Shown here piece by piece: positions 38,593 to 51,018 of a stretch of DNA of 64,000 bases; the first letter of the stretch is position 1; every line of letters begins with the position of its first letter. The notes beneath the pieces are model-generated. The model made no database searches. It was given only the letters and a program-made list of their open reading frames with translations, and was not told the origin of the DNA. A program made the translations under genes and the position numbers. This stretch comes from Owenia fusiformis. Taxonomy: Eukaryota. Where the stretch lies: positions 45,694,001 through 45,758,000 of the forward strand of contig CAIIXF020000001.1 in assembly GCA_903813345.2 (NCBI GenBank), in the 5' to 3' direction.

Positions 38593-38659
38593 CATTCTTG
38601 ACAATTAACTTTACTGACATCTCCTGGGTTGTAATATCTTCCATCTGCTATACAGTCGT
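38593..38659 (-). CDS. TINAGL1: TINAG-like protein, exon 2
   Basis: ttttgcag|AC...TG|gtgagt; (N)DCIADGRYYNPGDVSKVNCQE(C), vWC-like; phase 1/2 fits the neighbouring exons. Confidence 0.88.
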
Positions 38660-39327
38660 CTGCAAAAGAAGACAATGAACAATGAGTTGAAGTATGCAGT
38701 GAGATTTACAGATCATTTTATGGAGTTTCTTGTCGTTTTAAATGATACCAATCGATGTATTTTGTGCATTTTGCAGATAAGTTTAAAACAAAGTCTAAGG
38801 ATCCGCGGAACGTTTCGAGTATATACGGATAGCTTGACTTGACTTCAGATCAATAGACAACTAACTTGACTTCAATGATTTCACTCACTAAAACTTGGGT
38901 TCTGTAAGGTTAGTGGTAGATACCTTATAACTAGGACAATATTCGCAGTATTTCCGCCTGGAAGACACTCAGACAATAGGCCCTAGCAGGCCCTACTGCT
39001 CAAGTGACAGAACAAATGAGAAAAAATCTTTTCCGTCATTTTTGGAATTATTTTGTGAATGATATTGAACCCTGTCCCATTTTCGCGGAGTGGTCAATCA
39101 CCACCCGAGTTCATTTACATTTACAAAAACATTCGGGTTTACACGAGTAATAAAATAGTTATATTTTTACACTGTAATTGCAATTATTAATAAATGAGGA
39201 AAAAATCACAAAAATTCATTTCGCATTAAGTGTACAATTCCTATGACCTATACGTACCCCATGGTATGCGAGTAATTAAAATGTCACCATTATTTGTACA
39301 TAAATTTTTTCTTCGAAACGCTTTTAA

Positions 39328-40319
39328 AGTGCCCGATAAAGTATAAAATGCGCATGCGTCCAGGTGTTGATAAACTATAAATAGCGAAAACCCAGGGTTT
39401 GTCACCACAAGGTAAGCCAGGACGTGTTGAGAGAACAGCTAGTGTTGATATTGAATTGATATGTAGCCAGATAAGTTTCCTTATTGAAATTACATATGGT
39501 TATTAGCAATACTTTGTAAGTGCTAAATAATAAAATATTTAGAGTATATATGAGAGAAATTGGTCATTTCGAACCTGTTGAAAAGTTTGTGGCTCTCGGC
39601 TACACCGGGGAATTTACTTCCATGAGTACACACATAAATGTGGGGTTCCCCAAGAGGTACGCGACAAGGTGACCTGGCATCAAATGTGCGACTAAATGCT
39701 ACTATCGAGAAGATAAAATAACGAATACGACAATAAGTTATTGCATGTGACAATTCCGAGCCTTCATCTCACTGAAGTATTTTGAAGTGAAAATAGGATT
39801 TTTGTTTTCATACATGGATTCAGATGAACGTAACTTTATTCTGACAACTAATCAAAACTGAACAAAATTGATTGTACGTAACAGACAATTTATTGTTTTA
39901 CAATGTTTTGATTGGCTAAACGAATGAAACCAACAAATTATGACATGTAAAATGACAATTTTGAAATGTAAAATTTAAAAGTGACAAACACAACCTCCCT
40001 ATCCACTCTTTGGGAGCCCTAGTAAATTAGTAATATGTACATGCAGCAGTGGTAGTGTGCAGCTTATTATCACACTACGCTTTGTATTCTAAAGCCTGTT
40101 GTTTGTAATAACACTGTTCACTCAACGTATGTTTTGTGTGTGGGCAGTCAACGATAATCATTGTTTTATCCCGGTTATATGACCTCGGCAGTTATAACAA
40201 AACCGTACTAAACGAAAAAACGCAAATAAGAGAAAGCTTTCACACACATATAAAAAATGAACTAGTCTAATCCGCCAGTATAAACTCTGTGCTATACGTA
40301 GCCGGGTCAGGCGCACACT
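39328..40319 (+). mobile_element. Kolobok-like TTAA-flanked element B (992 bp), diverged relative of element A
   Basis: TTAA|AGTGCCCGATAAA ... GGCGCACACT|TTAA. Shares the blocks tgcgca.gcg, taaactata, ggtaagccagga, atactttgta, gtacacacataaat, tctaatcc and tatacgtagcc with A. Confidence 0.7.
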
Positions 40320-40340
40320 TTAATCTTTAATTACCAATAC

Positions 40341-40902
40341 CACCCTATGCTTAGTGAGCGGACCTAATTTCAAGGGTGATGGTAAAGACGATGCATGGCG
40401 CCCAAACCTGGCCTGTAACTAGGTGCACTGATGCTTTCTTCGCAAATTACATCGCCATTGCTCGTCATCGAAATTCTGATCGCCGAATAGACACTCTAGT
40501 AAACATTCATTTTGTATTGGATGTACATAACTAGAGACCGCCTTATTTCGCATATATGAAAAAATAAAACATATCTAGGTACATATATCTTTATATGTGA
40601 CATCGATCGGGAATTATTGACATATTGTCAATATTAGGTTGTAATTTCTTGCGGTAAATTCAAATTGTATCTTTAAACGACTGTTTCATCTTAACTATTC
40701 GTTTTATTGGATGTAAAACAAACGGTATGCATAGTTTAACATCTTTCACTTCTAAAACAGCATAAAATATCACAATATCATCACCTAATGCTGCAATAAT
40801 ACGACTTAAAAGATTATGGTACTAATATTCTTTGGTTTTTGGGCGCCATGCCTCGTCTTACCATCACCCTTGAAATTAGGTCCGCTCACTAAGCATAGGG
40901 TG
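40341..40902. mobile_element. Transib-like MITE (CAC ends, 5-bp TSD AATAC)
   Basis: AATAC|CACCCTATGCTTAGTGAGCGGACC ... GGTCCGCTCACTAAGCATAGGGTG|AATAC. Confidence 0.88.
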
Positions 40903-41903
40903 AATACGAAAAGCAAAATCTTTATAACCTCACACGTTTAGTGTTGGAGTTAACAGAACGGTATTAAGATCACGAAAGGTTATAAATACAATCACAACCT
41001 ATGACCCAAGGAAACTTAGACTAAACAGTCAATCTGTAGTTAGATAAACATGATCCGCATTTTATTTCTGATTGTGCGTAGTTTTCTGTGACATTTACAT
41101 GTCACAGTTTCTGTGTTTTCCGTGTACTTAATTATAGGAAAATGAACAATTGACTTAGTCTTTCCTGAAAACGCAATATTTGGATTTACCACGTATATCA
41201 TTTTTACATTTCTATGCAACTGACATGAAGATTATTAATTGCTTTAATATTTAGTTGGCGTGGTTATAGAGCAAAAAACCCGGAACAGCCCAGGTGAAGG
41301 TTTACCTGTTTTTTGTTTATATAATTTTTTCCTCATTAATAATAACAAGAGACTGTGGATAGTGGATTTGGAATTTTGAAATATGAAAAAGAAAAGCTTA
41401 TATTGAAAATAGGGCCAGGCTGGTATAAGTTTGAAAACGTTTCCTTGGTTTATTTTTTAAGCTTTTTGAGATCTTGATTATTCTTATTTCAATTCGATAC
41501 GTATCTTTGAACTTTAGGAAAATATATAGCCTGGTCACTGGTCAGCACTCAGCAGCTAGCCCCCTTTCTAAATGAAATCCCGCTAAACAGATCTTTAATT
41601 GTACTGCACATGATAAGAAACTCGTTTATAATCATCTATGTAGCTATTTTTATTGGAGTGGTTTGATCTCAATTTCAATTCTTTGATTACTTCTTAAGAG
41701 TTGTTTGCCACTTGTATCCTTGCCACAACATACCTCGCTTATTAAACTGACCACTTTTAAGACAATATCGATTTTTATATGATTTCTATCGTTACTTGAG
41801 TGTTCAATAAAACATAAAAAATTGATAAGAAATGTAAATCTTGGTCAAAACGTGTGTGTACAATTGGAAGCTTATCGTAATGTCTGTCCGCTGATTGAAG
41901 ATA

Positions 41904-42118
41904 TGTGACCCAAAAAAATGCAACCCTCCATTTCTTCAAAGACTTCATTTAATGTGAGATCCTCTGGCAAAGTTTTAATAATCATAGCCTTAAAGTGATA
42001 GAGTTATGGTCGTTCCAAAATATGCTTCAATCTTTGTCTTTGTGGGCCTTTCAGAGCAATTAACCTCCATTTAAGAAAAATAAGAGAAATGGAGGGTTGC
42101 ATTTTTTGGGTCATACTG
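41904..42118. mobile_element. Tc1-like MITE with an eroded left end
   Basis: tgacccaaaaaaatgcaaccctccatttc / gaaatggagggttgcattttttgggtcatactg|TA. Confidence 0.6.
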
Positions 42119-45100
42119 TATAAATATTATACATCTGCAACGGTGGTATATGGTATATGTCAAAGATAGAACGTGTGGTAATTTAATAAAACTATATGTT
42201 GACTCTGTTTCTAGTGACAAATATACGTACTGAATTATATACAGATTGGTCAAAAAACGGTATAGTCATGCACCAGCCCCTTGTTTTGCAGCTTCACAGA
42301 TTGCAATTACGATAAATTCGATTCACATCAGCTGTTAAGAAAATTCAATTCCAATTCACAAGTATATGTTTAAGTTTAAGTTTAAAAATAGTTTATTTTT
42401 GTGTCACTGATATTACAATATACATATAAAATACATGTATATATATGTAAAAATAGGCTCGCTGTTGAAATAAAGATAAAGGAATATTTTGTGAGAATTT
42501 ATGGATATACCCTCGTATATGGGGCGTTTCCCATCCTAAAATAATTTTGTCGGGCATTATTTATTATTGAAGTATTTAAGTCAAGGCCGATATGTACGGG
42601 GCTTAAAGAAAAGAGTGCATGAAATCACCATTAATTTATTAGTGTACATATTATTTGTAAGTAATACCAAATGAACAAGAATATTTCATTAAAATAACTG
42701 AAATTCTGCCACAAACATTTCGTGATAGTTTTTACAAGGTCAACATTTTGGCCTGTATACTTAACAAATGATTATGCCACTACTAAGAGTTTTTCACACA
42801 AGTAGTTTTTGTTTATTAGCCATAAATATGTTGTAAAATAAAGAATGACTATACTATAATATTCTAGTTTAACTTTGGTCACCCCAAAATGTCCTAATTC
42901 TAAAATCACATAGGCTTACAAAGAAATACATGCCCACACGTAAGTTTAAGTTTAGAACAATTAATATCAAATTTTCTGATAACTTGAACGATTAGACTTT
43001 TTAAGGAGGTATGTAAACACTTAAGGACGTGATCTACTTTTTGAGAACTTGTATATCAACAATGACCACTGGAAGGCAACTGATATCTCTGCACTCGTTT
43101 GAACAATGATTGCATTTCACCTGAAGTTTTCCTTAGACCGGCAGTCAAACATTTTATCCATCAGAAGATAATTAATGTGGGTAGTTAAAGATATGGAGTG
43201 ATCGTAATTTATTTTTGTTGCCTTAATCTCCCGAGAGAAGTGTTTATTCTCGTGTCAACTCATGACAAGAGTTATCGTTTTAACCATAATCCACTGTTAA
43301 ATCGCGCCTCATTCATCAAGGTCCACACCGCCCAAAGCATAAATACTTGGCATATAGTTTTCAGTTGTTGCCGTTTAAGAATTAGTACACCGATTCACGC
43401 TTGTGAATTACAATTTATCGTTTGTTATGGCACATGTTTTGGGATATTCAGGTTTTACAAATTAGTTTCTTTATTTATGTTCGCCAAATTCTTTATGGTT
43501 CCGTACGTGTTCTTGGACAATGATTACTATTACCTTGATAAGGTATCTTGATTTATATCTAACCTATGCTCGAAATCTAACCCGAAGAATACAAGTCTAT
43601 TTCATTAAGTTTTTGATTACATTCTCCTGTATCAAAATCAATTAAGTTTTGCGATATTTATACAAATCCTATTCCAAACTTGAAAATGCTATACACCTTG
43701 CAAAGGTTTCATTATGTTTCATTTCTTTCCCACGATAATTCACTTCCTTAAAGGTATAAATTCTTTATGATCGTTTTTGTTTAGTTCATGTACTTAGCAA
43801 TCCAAAAACATAATATTGGCTTGCGGAGATATTTTTATTTTTAGGAAAGAAATCGATGTTTATTTTTCACCTTAAAATAGTATTTTCATTATACATAGGT
43901 TATTTAATGAAAAATACAGAAACATGTCTTAACTCCTAGTTCAGTCCAGATGCCATGGTTACCAACCTTTTGGAGGATAAGTACAATTAAAACAAGGGCA
44001 TAATGTCACTGAACGTTTTTAACTAACTCTTATATGAAAAACCGTTGACACTTTGACAGTTGTCGTGATTTTATCTTGCTATCTTTGCTCATACAGTAGG
44101 TCCTAATTAGTCATGAATTGAAATTGTAAGTACATTGAAATATGATATTTAGCAATTGATATATTCTGGTGATCACACTACATGTATCAAGGGTACACAG
44201 CTGTCAGTTTTTTAATAAAACTCTACTGACAATATCACCTTATTTGACAGTTTCTAAAATATATACCTATCACTTGTATATTTGTCTACTACTTATAATA
44301 GACTTTCAATGTGTTTTTCTCAGAAAAAAACAAGAGAACCACTGTTTGAGATGACATTCAAAACTCGATTTTAATGAAATGTCCTCATCAAATCGTAATT
44401 AAAAAGTAATCAAAGTCACTGTAAAATACAATTTGTAAATAAACATCTACCACAAGGATATTTTTATTACAATCTCCACTGCACAAGAATATGAATATAT
44501 CATAGTTTTTGTGCCTAAATAACCTAATTTTGCTCGTAGGGTATTCCTCTGGATTCAAAACCAGTGATTTGTTAAATACCGTTCGCCCACAACTTGTGTG
44601 TTTTCACTTCACCTAGTTCATGCGTGTAATCAAAATTTATGACGACGTTTTCTTTCACAGTATTATTCAATATTCAATACTCCTGTTTTTATTTTGGTAC
44701 CCACAAACTAGATTTTACAGCGCTTTTGCTCAAATATCATCTTTGTTATAAACGTTTGGACTACTTATAGAATTTGAAAATAATATTGTGATATATATTA
44801 ATTATTAGTTTGTAGCTCGTAAAAACATAATGTAGATCTAAACGAGGGTTGTATTATGAATATGAGGTATATCCGGAGGGAAATATAGGTTGTTAATAAG
44901 TTGTCTCGATGTCTATTTCGTCGAACATTCAACGTAGTACATGTTACGTAAAAATCATAAAAATATAATTATCAAACTCTGACCAGCTGTTTGACCTGTT
45001 AACTATTAATGTCTAAATTGCAATCTGCCAAATAGTTGATGGATAGGCCTTTTTCTGAAATAATCTAACGTAAACCACAGGTTGATTTGTACAGTGTAAA

Positions 45101-45582
45101 AAATGTTTTAAAATAAACATAACGTGGATGCATTAGCATGATCCTCTTCAAATGTAACTAATGATGGATTAAATCTTGTTGAGATAGCCTGTAATTATTT
45201 AGTTAAGTTAGATGCGCAAAAATTTGCTCTGATTTTAAACATGAAATGTGCATGTCTATGTTTTTGGTAAAGCTGTCTATCACATGCGTAATTTTGAAAT
45301 TGTGGACATTGTTATCACAGACCTTAACCGACTTACAAAACTTCAATGATATCTAAAAATAATCTAAAAGGGATTAAACGTTCGGTTCTTAGTTTTTACA
45401 AAATATTCAATGTGCCTCCTTCCAACAGTGCTTGAGGCTTTCAGGCTTTGAAAACCAAAAATGTTGTAATGGCATCGTTCACATGGTAGAAAGCAATTTC
45501 ATTACGTCATTTAGAACAGGCTTATTACGTATTTAGCAAGTAGCAATTGAGAAATTGAAATTAGTCGTATTAGTTCCATAAT

Positions 45583-48500
45583 CACTGGGGGGTATCGTGA
45601 TGCAACAACACCGTGTTGTTGCATCAAGATGGCCAGACTTCCGGTGATCGATTTTCGAACGATATTTTGTTTTCCCAATTTAAACCCATTTCTAGGACGA
45701 GTTGCTCAATAATCATACACATGCAGCTAGCGCATGATCTATATTTTGAAAAACTGTCGTTACAGTCGAAATGTTGAGGCATGCGCAGACCTCTATTTAG
45801 TGATATTTTCATTTCAAATATGGCGGCCAATCCGATGTCTGACGACCCTTACAAAGAATCTAGGCAGTTTGCATTTTTACCTCCTGTGAAATAACAAGTG
45901 GAATTTAGTAGTTGTTTTGTGTTATATTATCATTCTGCATCGTAATTCTATGTGATTTGGTGTTGAAATGTCAGCAGAAATACATATCCATACGATAATC
46001 GAGTGAATCAGATAACAGATTTTTCGAAAACCCGTCTCGTGCTAAGAGTGTAAAAACTTGTATTAACATGCTCAAAAGTGCCAATGTGCACATCAATGTC
46101 AAGCTAAATCAATGTTGTGTCTAAAACAGGTACCCGATCTACTCAAAACAGCTTGTCATTCACGTATACACGCTTAGCAAACACGGCGAAATGACCTGAA
46201 TCTTGGAATTTCGTTCAAGAGCTAGTAATGTTTGCTCCGGTCTTCGTCATAAGTGTTCATCAGACTTCACGCATGCGCAGGGGAAAACCATCAACCAATA
46301 AGGTTTATAAATCAATTTTGCGCATGCGCCTTACAACGGTAAACAAATTCGTATTTATAAACGAACCAGTTTGAGATAACCCGATATCAGTCGGAGAAAT
46401 CTGACGATCTACGAAACTCACTTCAAAAAATCAAATGCGGACTGACGGCGTATTCTACTATGTTTGGATCTAAGATTTTCAGTATAGATAAAGTCTTTTA
46501 TGATCTTTCGAATGAGGTAAGTCTCTAGTTCGAAAGACAATCGTATCAACTTGAACAAAAGTTGAGTTTTGACGAAAAATTTTAACATGCGCAGAAGTCC
46601 CATTTTCGTTGTACCATATTGACTGGTTAGTATACATGTAGCATCATCAAGAAGCTATAAATTCGCGGTTTTAATTCCTCACTATTGATGCAACAACACC
46701 ACTCTGTTTATTATCGATGATACAACAACACCTATGGGCTGATGCAAAAACGCCAATATAATGTATCATTGAACAACAAGAGAAACTGTTTATGTCCTGT
46801 TTACAGGTGTTGGTCGGGACATGAATAAAACGCGTGAGTCCGTGGTCCATGAATGAAACGTATTTTGTTTGGTTTCTTAATGTATTTGTATCTGAAAAAT
46901 AAAGATTATTATACGAACATTTTCTAAATTAAATGCCCTTGATTTACCGTATGGAAATTGTATACAAATAACTAATATAATCATGGAAAGACAACAGATA
47001 TCAGTCATTTTGTGTTGTTTGTACCTCAATTGAAATACTCATTTCTGATTGGTTGATGAGCGGGCAACAATATGTACTGCTGACCGCTACTAGGTACTGT
47101 TGACCGCTACTTTTGAAAAAATGTTTTTTGAATGTTGATTTTTTTTTAATTTTGAAAAAATAAGTTGTGTAAAAAATTACAAGTATTCGACGGTTTGAGA
47201 TTTTTTGCTAAAATATGATACCTTTACTTATCAAATATGTTCACTTGATATTCGATTATATATTCGTCCAATTATTATATTCTTCGGACTAACAAACAAT
47301 TGTTCACCTCTCTATTCGGTCAACTGACAAAAGTGTATACCTCAACAGTAAACACTGAGAGTACTGTTGACCTAGATCTCCGGTCTCGGTCAACAGAACT
47401 TTCAAGGTTTACAGTATCGGTATACAATTTTGACAGTTGACCTCAAGAGAGGTCTACAATTGTATATATCCTTTGTTATACCACCCAAAGTATGACGTCA
47501 TTTATCAAGTTGAAGAGTTGTATGCGCTGCTCAGGAGTCGTGTACGCTATCCAGGAGTTGTACATCGTTCTCAAGAGTTGTATAGAATGAGTGTTGGTTT
47601 AATGATATTGCAGTTATACAATGCTATTATATAGAGGTTATTTACTAAGAGGGATTCAATATTGGTTTTATTCCGAGAGACAATATGATATGTCCCGAGG
47701 GCCCGGGGGGAATCTGGGATTACTGTACCCCTATCAGTTTACCTTTTTGGGCCCTAAATCCTATCACTTTTGTTTACCTTTTTACTTAGTCGGAGAGAAC
47801 GAATCCACAGAGAGCAATACTTCTACATGTGCACCGTGCAAGATTTTCATTAAACGTGTAACTAAACCTCCCTAATAAAGTCAATTAGACGTTTTTACTC
47901 ATTGGCTCTCCAAATTGGAGGAAATAAAGAATCATATCATATCATAGATGAAGCAATCATCTCATTAACATGCTTTTTGAAATGTTCTCCGATAAGCTCA
48001 CGAATGTTACAGTGAAACTGTTTTAGCTATATTTTGATAAACAGTGGTAACGTACATCTACTATATCTAGTTTATCACTGTTCTACAGATGGATGACAGA
48101 TAATTTCCAATAGCTCGTCATGTTTACCGAGAACGAAAGATGTTTGTCCACCATTTTGAATGATACTAAATGGAGTCAGGGTCATCAAGCTATGGAACAG
48201 TGGTTTATGAAAATAGATTGGGTTACTGTAGCTTGCCATGTTAAAGACGATTGAAAGAATCTTCGCCCGCAGGACGTGTATTTTGAATGCCTTGAGAAGA
48301 ACGCAAATGGGTAATGGGTAACGGTGTCGCAATCGTAGCATTTAAAAATCTGTTCCTCTCGAGATTTATGGTCTTCTGAAATTATACTATTAATTGGTGT
48401 TGCTGCATCATTGCTCAAATCTAGAGGAGTGTTGTTGCATCTTCGGTTTGGTGTTGTTGCATCAATAGTGAGGAACTAAAACCGTGAACTTATTGCTTCT

Positions 48501-50352
48501 TGATGATGCTACATGTATACTAATGACAATTTCTTTAAATATAGATCGTGCGCTAACTGCACGTGTATGGTTGATTGAGAACTCGTCCTAGAAATGGGTT
48601 TAAATTGGGAAACAAAATATCGTACGAAAATCTAACACCGGAAGTCTGGCCATCTTGATGCAACAACACGGTGTTGTTGCATCACGATACCCCCCAGTGT
48701 TTGTGGAAAGGTGAATAAGTTTACTCGGACTAACAAAACAATTATAGACCTCTCCATTCGATCAACCGTCAAAATCATATACCTCTACCTTCGGTCTCTG
48801 TCAACAGTAGTTTTTCGGTTTACAGTCTCGGTATACAATTTTGCCGGTTGACATCTGGGGAGGTCAACAATTGTAAACTGTTGACCACTACTAGGTACTG
48901 TTGACCGCTATTTTTGAAAAATTGTTTTTTAATGTTGAATTTTTTTTAATTTTGAAAAAATAAATTGTGTAAAAAATTACAAGTATTCGACGGTTTGGGG
49001 ATTTTTTGCTAAAATATGATACCTTTACTTATCAAATATGTTCACGTGATATTCGATTATATATTCGTCCAATTATTATATTATTTGGACTAACAGAACA
49101 ATTGTTAAGCTCTCTTTTCGGTCAACTGGCAAAAGTGTCCTCGACCTCTGGTCTTGATCAACAGTGCTTTCAAGGTTTACAATATCGGTATACAATTTTG
49201 CCAGTTGACCTTAAGAGAGGTCTGCAAATGTATATTATATCCTTCAAATTATTATATTCTTCGGACTAACAAACAATTGTTAACCTTTCTATTCGGTCAA
49301 CTGGCCAAAGTGTATAACTCAACAGTAAACCGTGAGAGTACTGTTGACCTCGACCTCCGAACTTTAAAGGATTACAGTATCGGTATACAATTTTGCCAGT
49401 TGACCTCAAGAGAGGTCTACAATTGTATATCCTTTGTTATCCCACCCAAAGAATGATGTCATATATCAAGTTGAAGAGTTGTATACGCTGCTCAGGAGTT
49501 TGCGCTATCCAGGAGTTATACATCGTTCTCAAGAGTTGTATAGGATGAGAGACAATATGATATTTCCCGAGGGCCCGGGATATCTGGGATAACTGTACCC
49601 CTATCAATTTACCTTTTTGGGTCCTTAATCTTATCACTTTTGTTTACCTTTTTACTCAGTCGGAGAGAAGGAATCCAAAGAAAGCAATAATTCTACATAC
49701 GTGCGTCGTGCAAGATTTCCATTAAACGTGTAACTAAACGGCCTCTCTAATATAGTCAATTAGACGTTTTTACACGTTTGCTCTCCAAATTGGAGGAAAT
49801 AAAGATGTTTGTCATGCCATGTTAAAGGCGATTAAACTATGTTATAGAACAACGTCCAGTACATTATAATATTTAAAAGTATAAATTTTTGAAAATACAT
49901 ATAAAGGATCTTCGCCCGCAGGACGTGTATTTTGAATGCCTTGAGAAGAACGCAAATATGGGTAATGGGTAACGGTGTTGCAATAGTAGCATTTAAAAAT
50001 CTGTTCCTCTCGAGATTTATGGTCTTCTGAAATTATACTATTAATTGGTGTTGCTGCATCATTGCTCAAATCTAGAGGAGTGTTGTTGCATCTTCAGTTT
50101 GGTGTTGTTGCATCAATAGTGAGAAACTAAAACCGTGAACTTATTGCTTCTTGGTGATGGTTACATGTATACTAATGACAGTTTCTTTAAATATAGATCA
50201 TGCGCTAACTGCACGTGTATGGTTATTGAGCAACTCGTCCTAGAAATGGGTTTAAAGTGGGGAAACAAAATATCGTACGAAAATCTATCACCGGAAGTCT
50301 GGCCATCTTGATGCAACAACACGGTGTTGTTGCATCACGATACTCCCCAGTG
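45583..50352. mobile_element. Transib-like non-autonomous element (TSD ATAAT) with an internal duplication that includes an extra right end at 48699
   Basis: ATAAT|CACTGGGGGGTATCGTGATGC ... GCATCACGATACTCCCCAGTG|ATAAT; TIRs of about 150 bp; about 47076-48699 is repeated at about 48877-50352. Confidence 0.82.
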
Positions 50353-50995
50353 ATAATGCGTACTATATTTCTGCAGCGATTACGTGGTTATAACCCCGTC
50401 TGGGAATGCAGTTGTGCAGTACTTAGCGGTGATATTTGACATGTAACCTTTGACACTTATCGAAAGGTCTAAGAGTTTTGCTCTAAAGATCTGCTTATCA
50501 GTCTTATAAAATATACATCCAGTTATTTAGGTATATTGCAATACCACAAACCGATAGCGTAGCTTAAGGTAAATAGAAAACACCACCACCTGGTTGCGTT
50601 ACAAAATGTGTAACAATTGTCTTCACTCTATAAATGCTGAACGCCTTCCACAAAAACAGCGTTGATCAGGATAGGTTTCACCACTTTTTGATGACGAATG
50701 ACGATACAAAAACGTCATATGCAACTGCTAAAGCTTTGTGTTACAGAGATACATGACTAACATGAGCTGTCAGTGAGTAACTCCTGACAAATGACTTAAT
50801 TTATATCACGATTTAAATTAAGATGCATGCACCCCATTTCATAGCAAATTGTAGGCTCAGATGATATGTATAAAAAATAGTTTGCATTTGATTAGAATTG
50901 CATGTCAAATATTAAAAATATAATTGATGTACAAACACCATTGGGCAGAATTTAACATTGACAAGTGGAAATCAGTAAGTGAGCGGTAGTTAATA

Positions 50996-51018
50996 NNNNN
51001 NNNNNNNNNNNNNNNNNN
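50996..51018. other. Assembly gap (23 N)
   Basis: Run of n; both flanks carry gttaata. Confidence 0.99.

Noticed and set aside
43198..43551. 117-aa plus-strand ORF in TINAGL1 intron 1
   Set aside because: Non-ATG start, AT-rich random-like composition, no recognisable domain.
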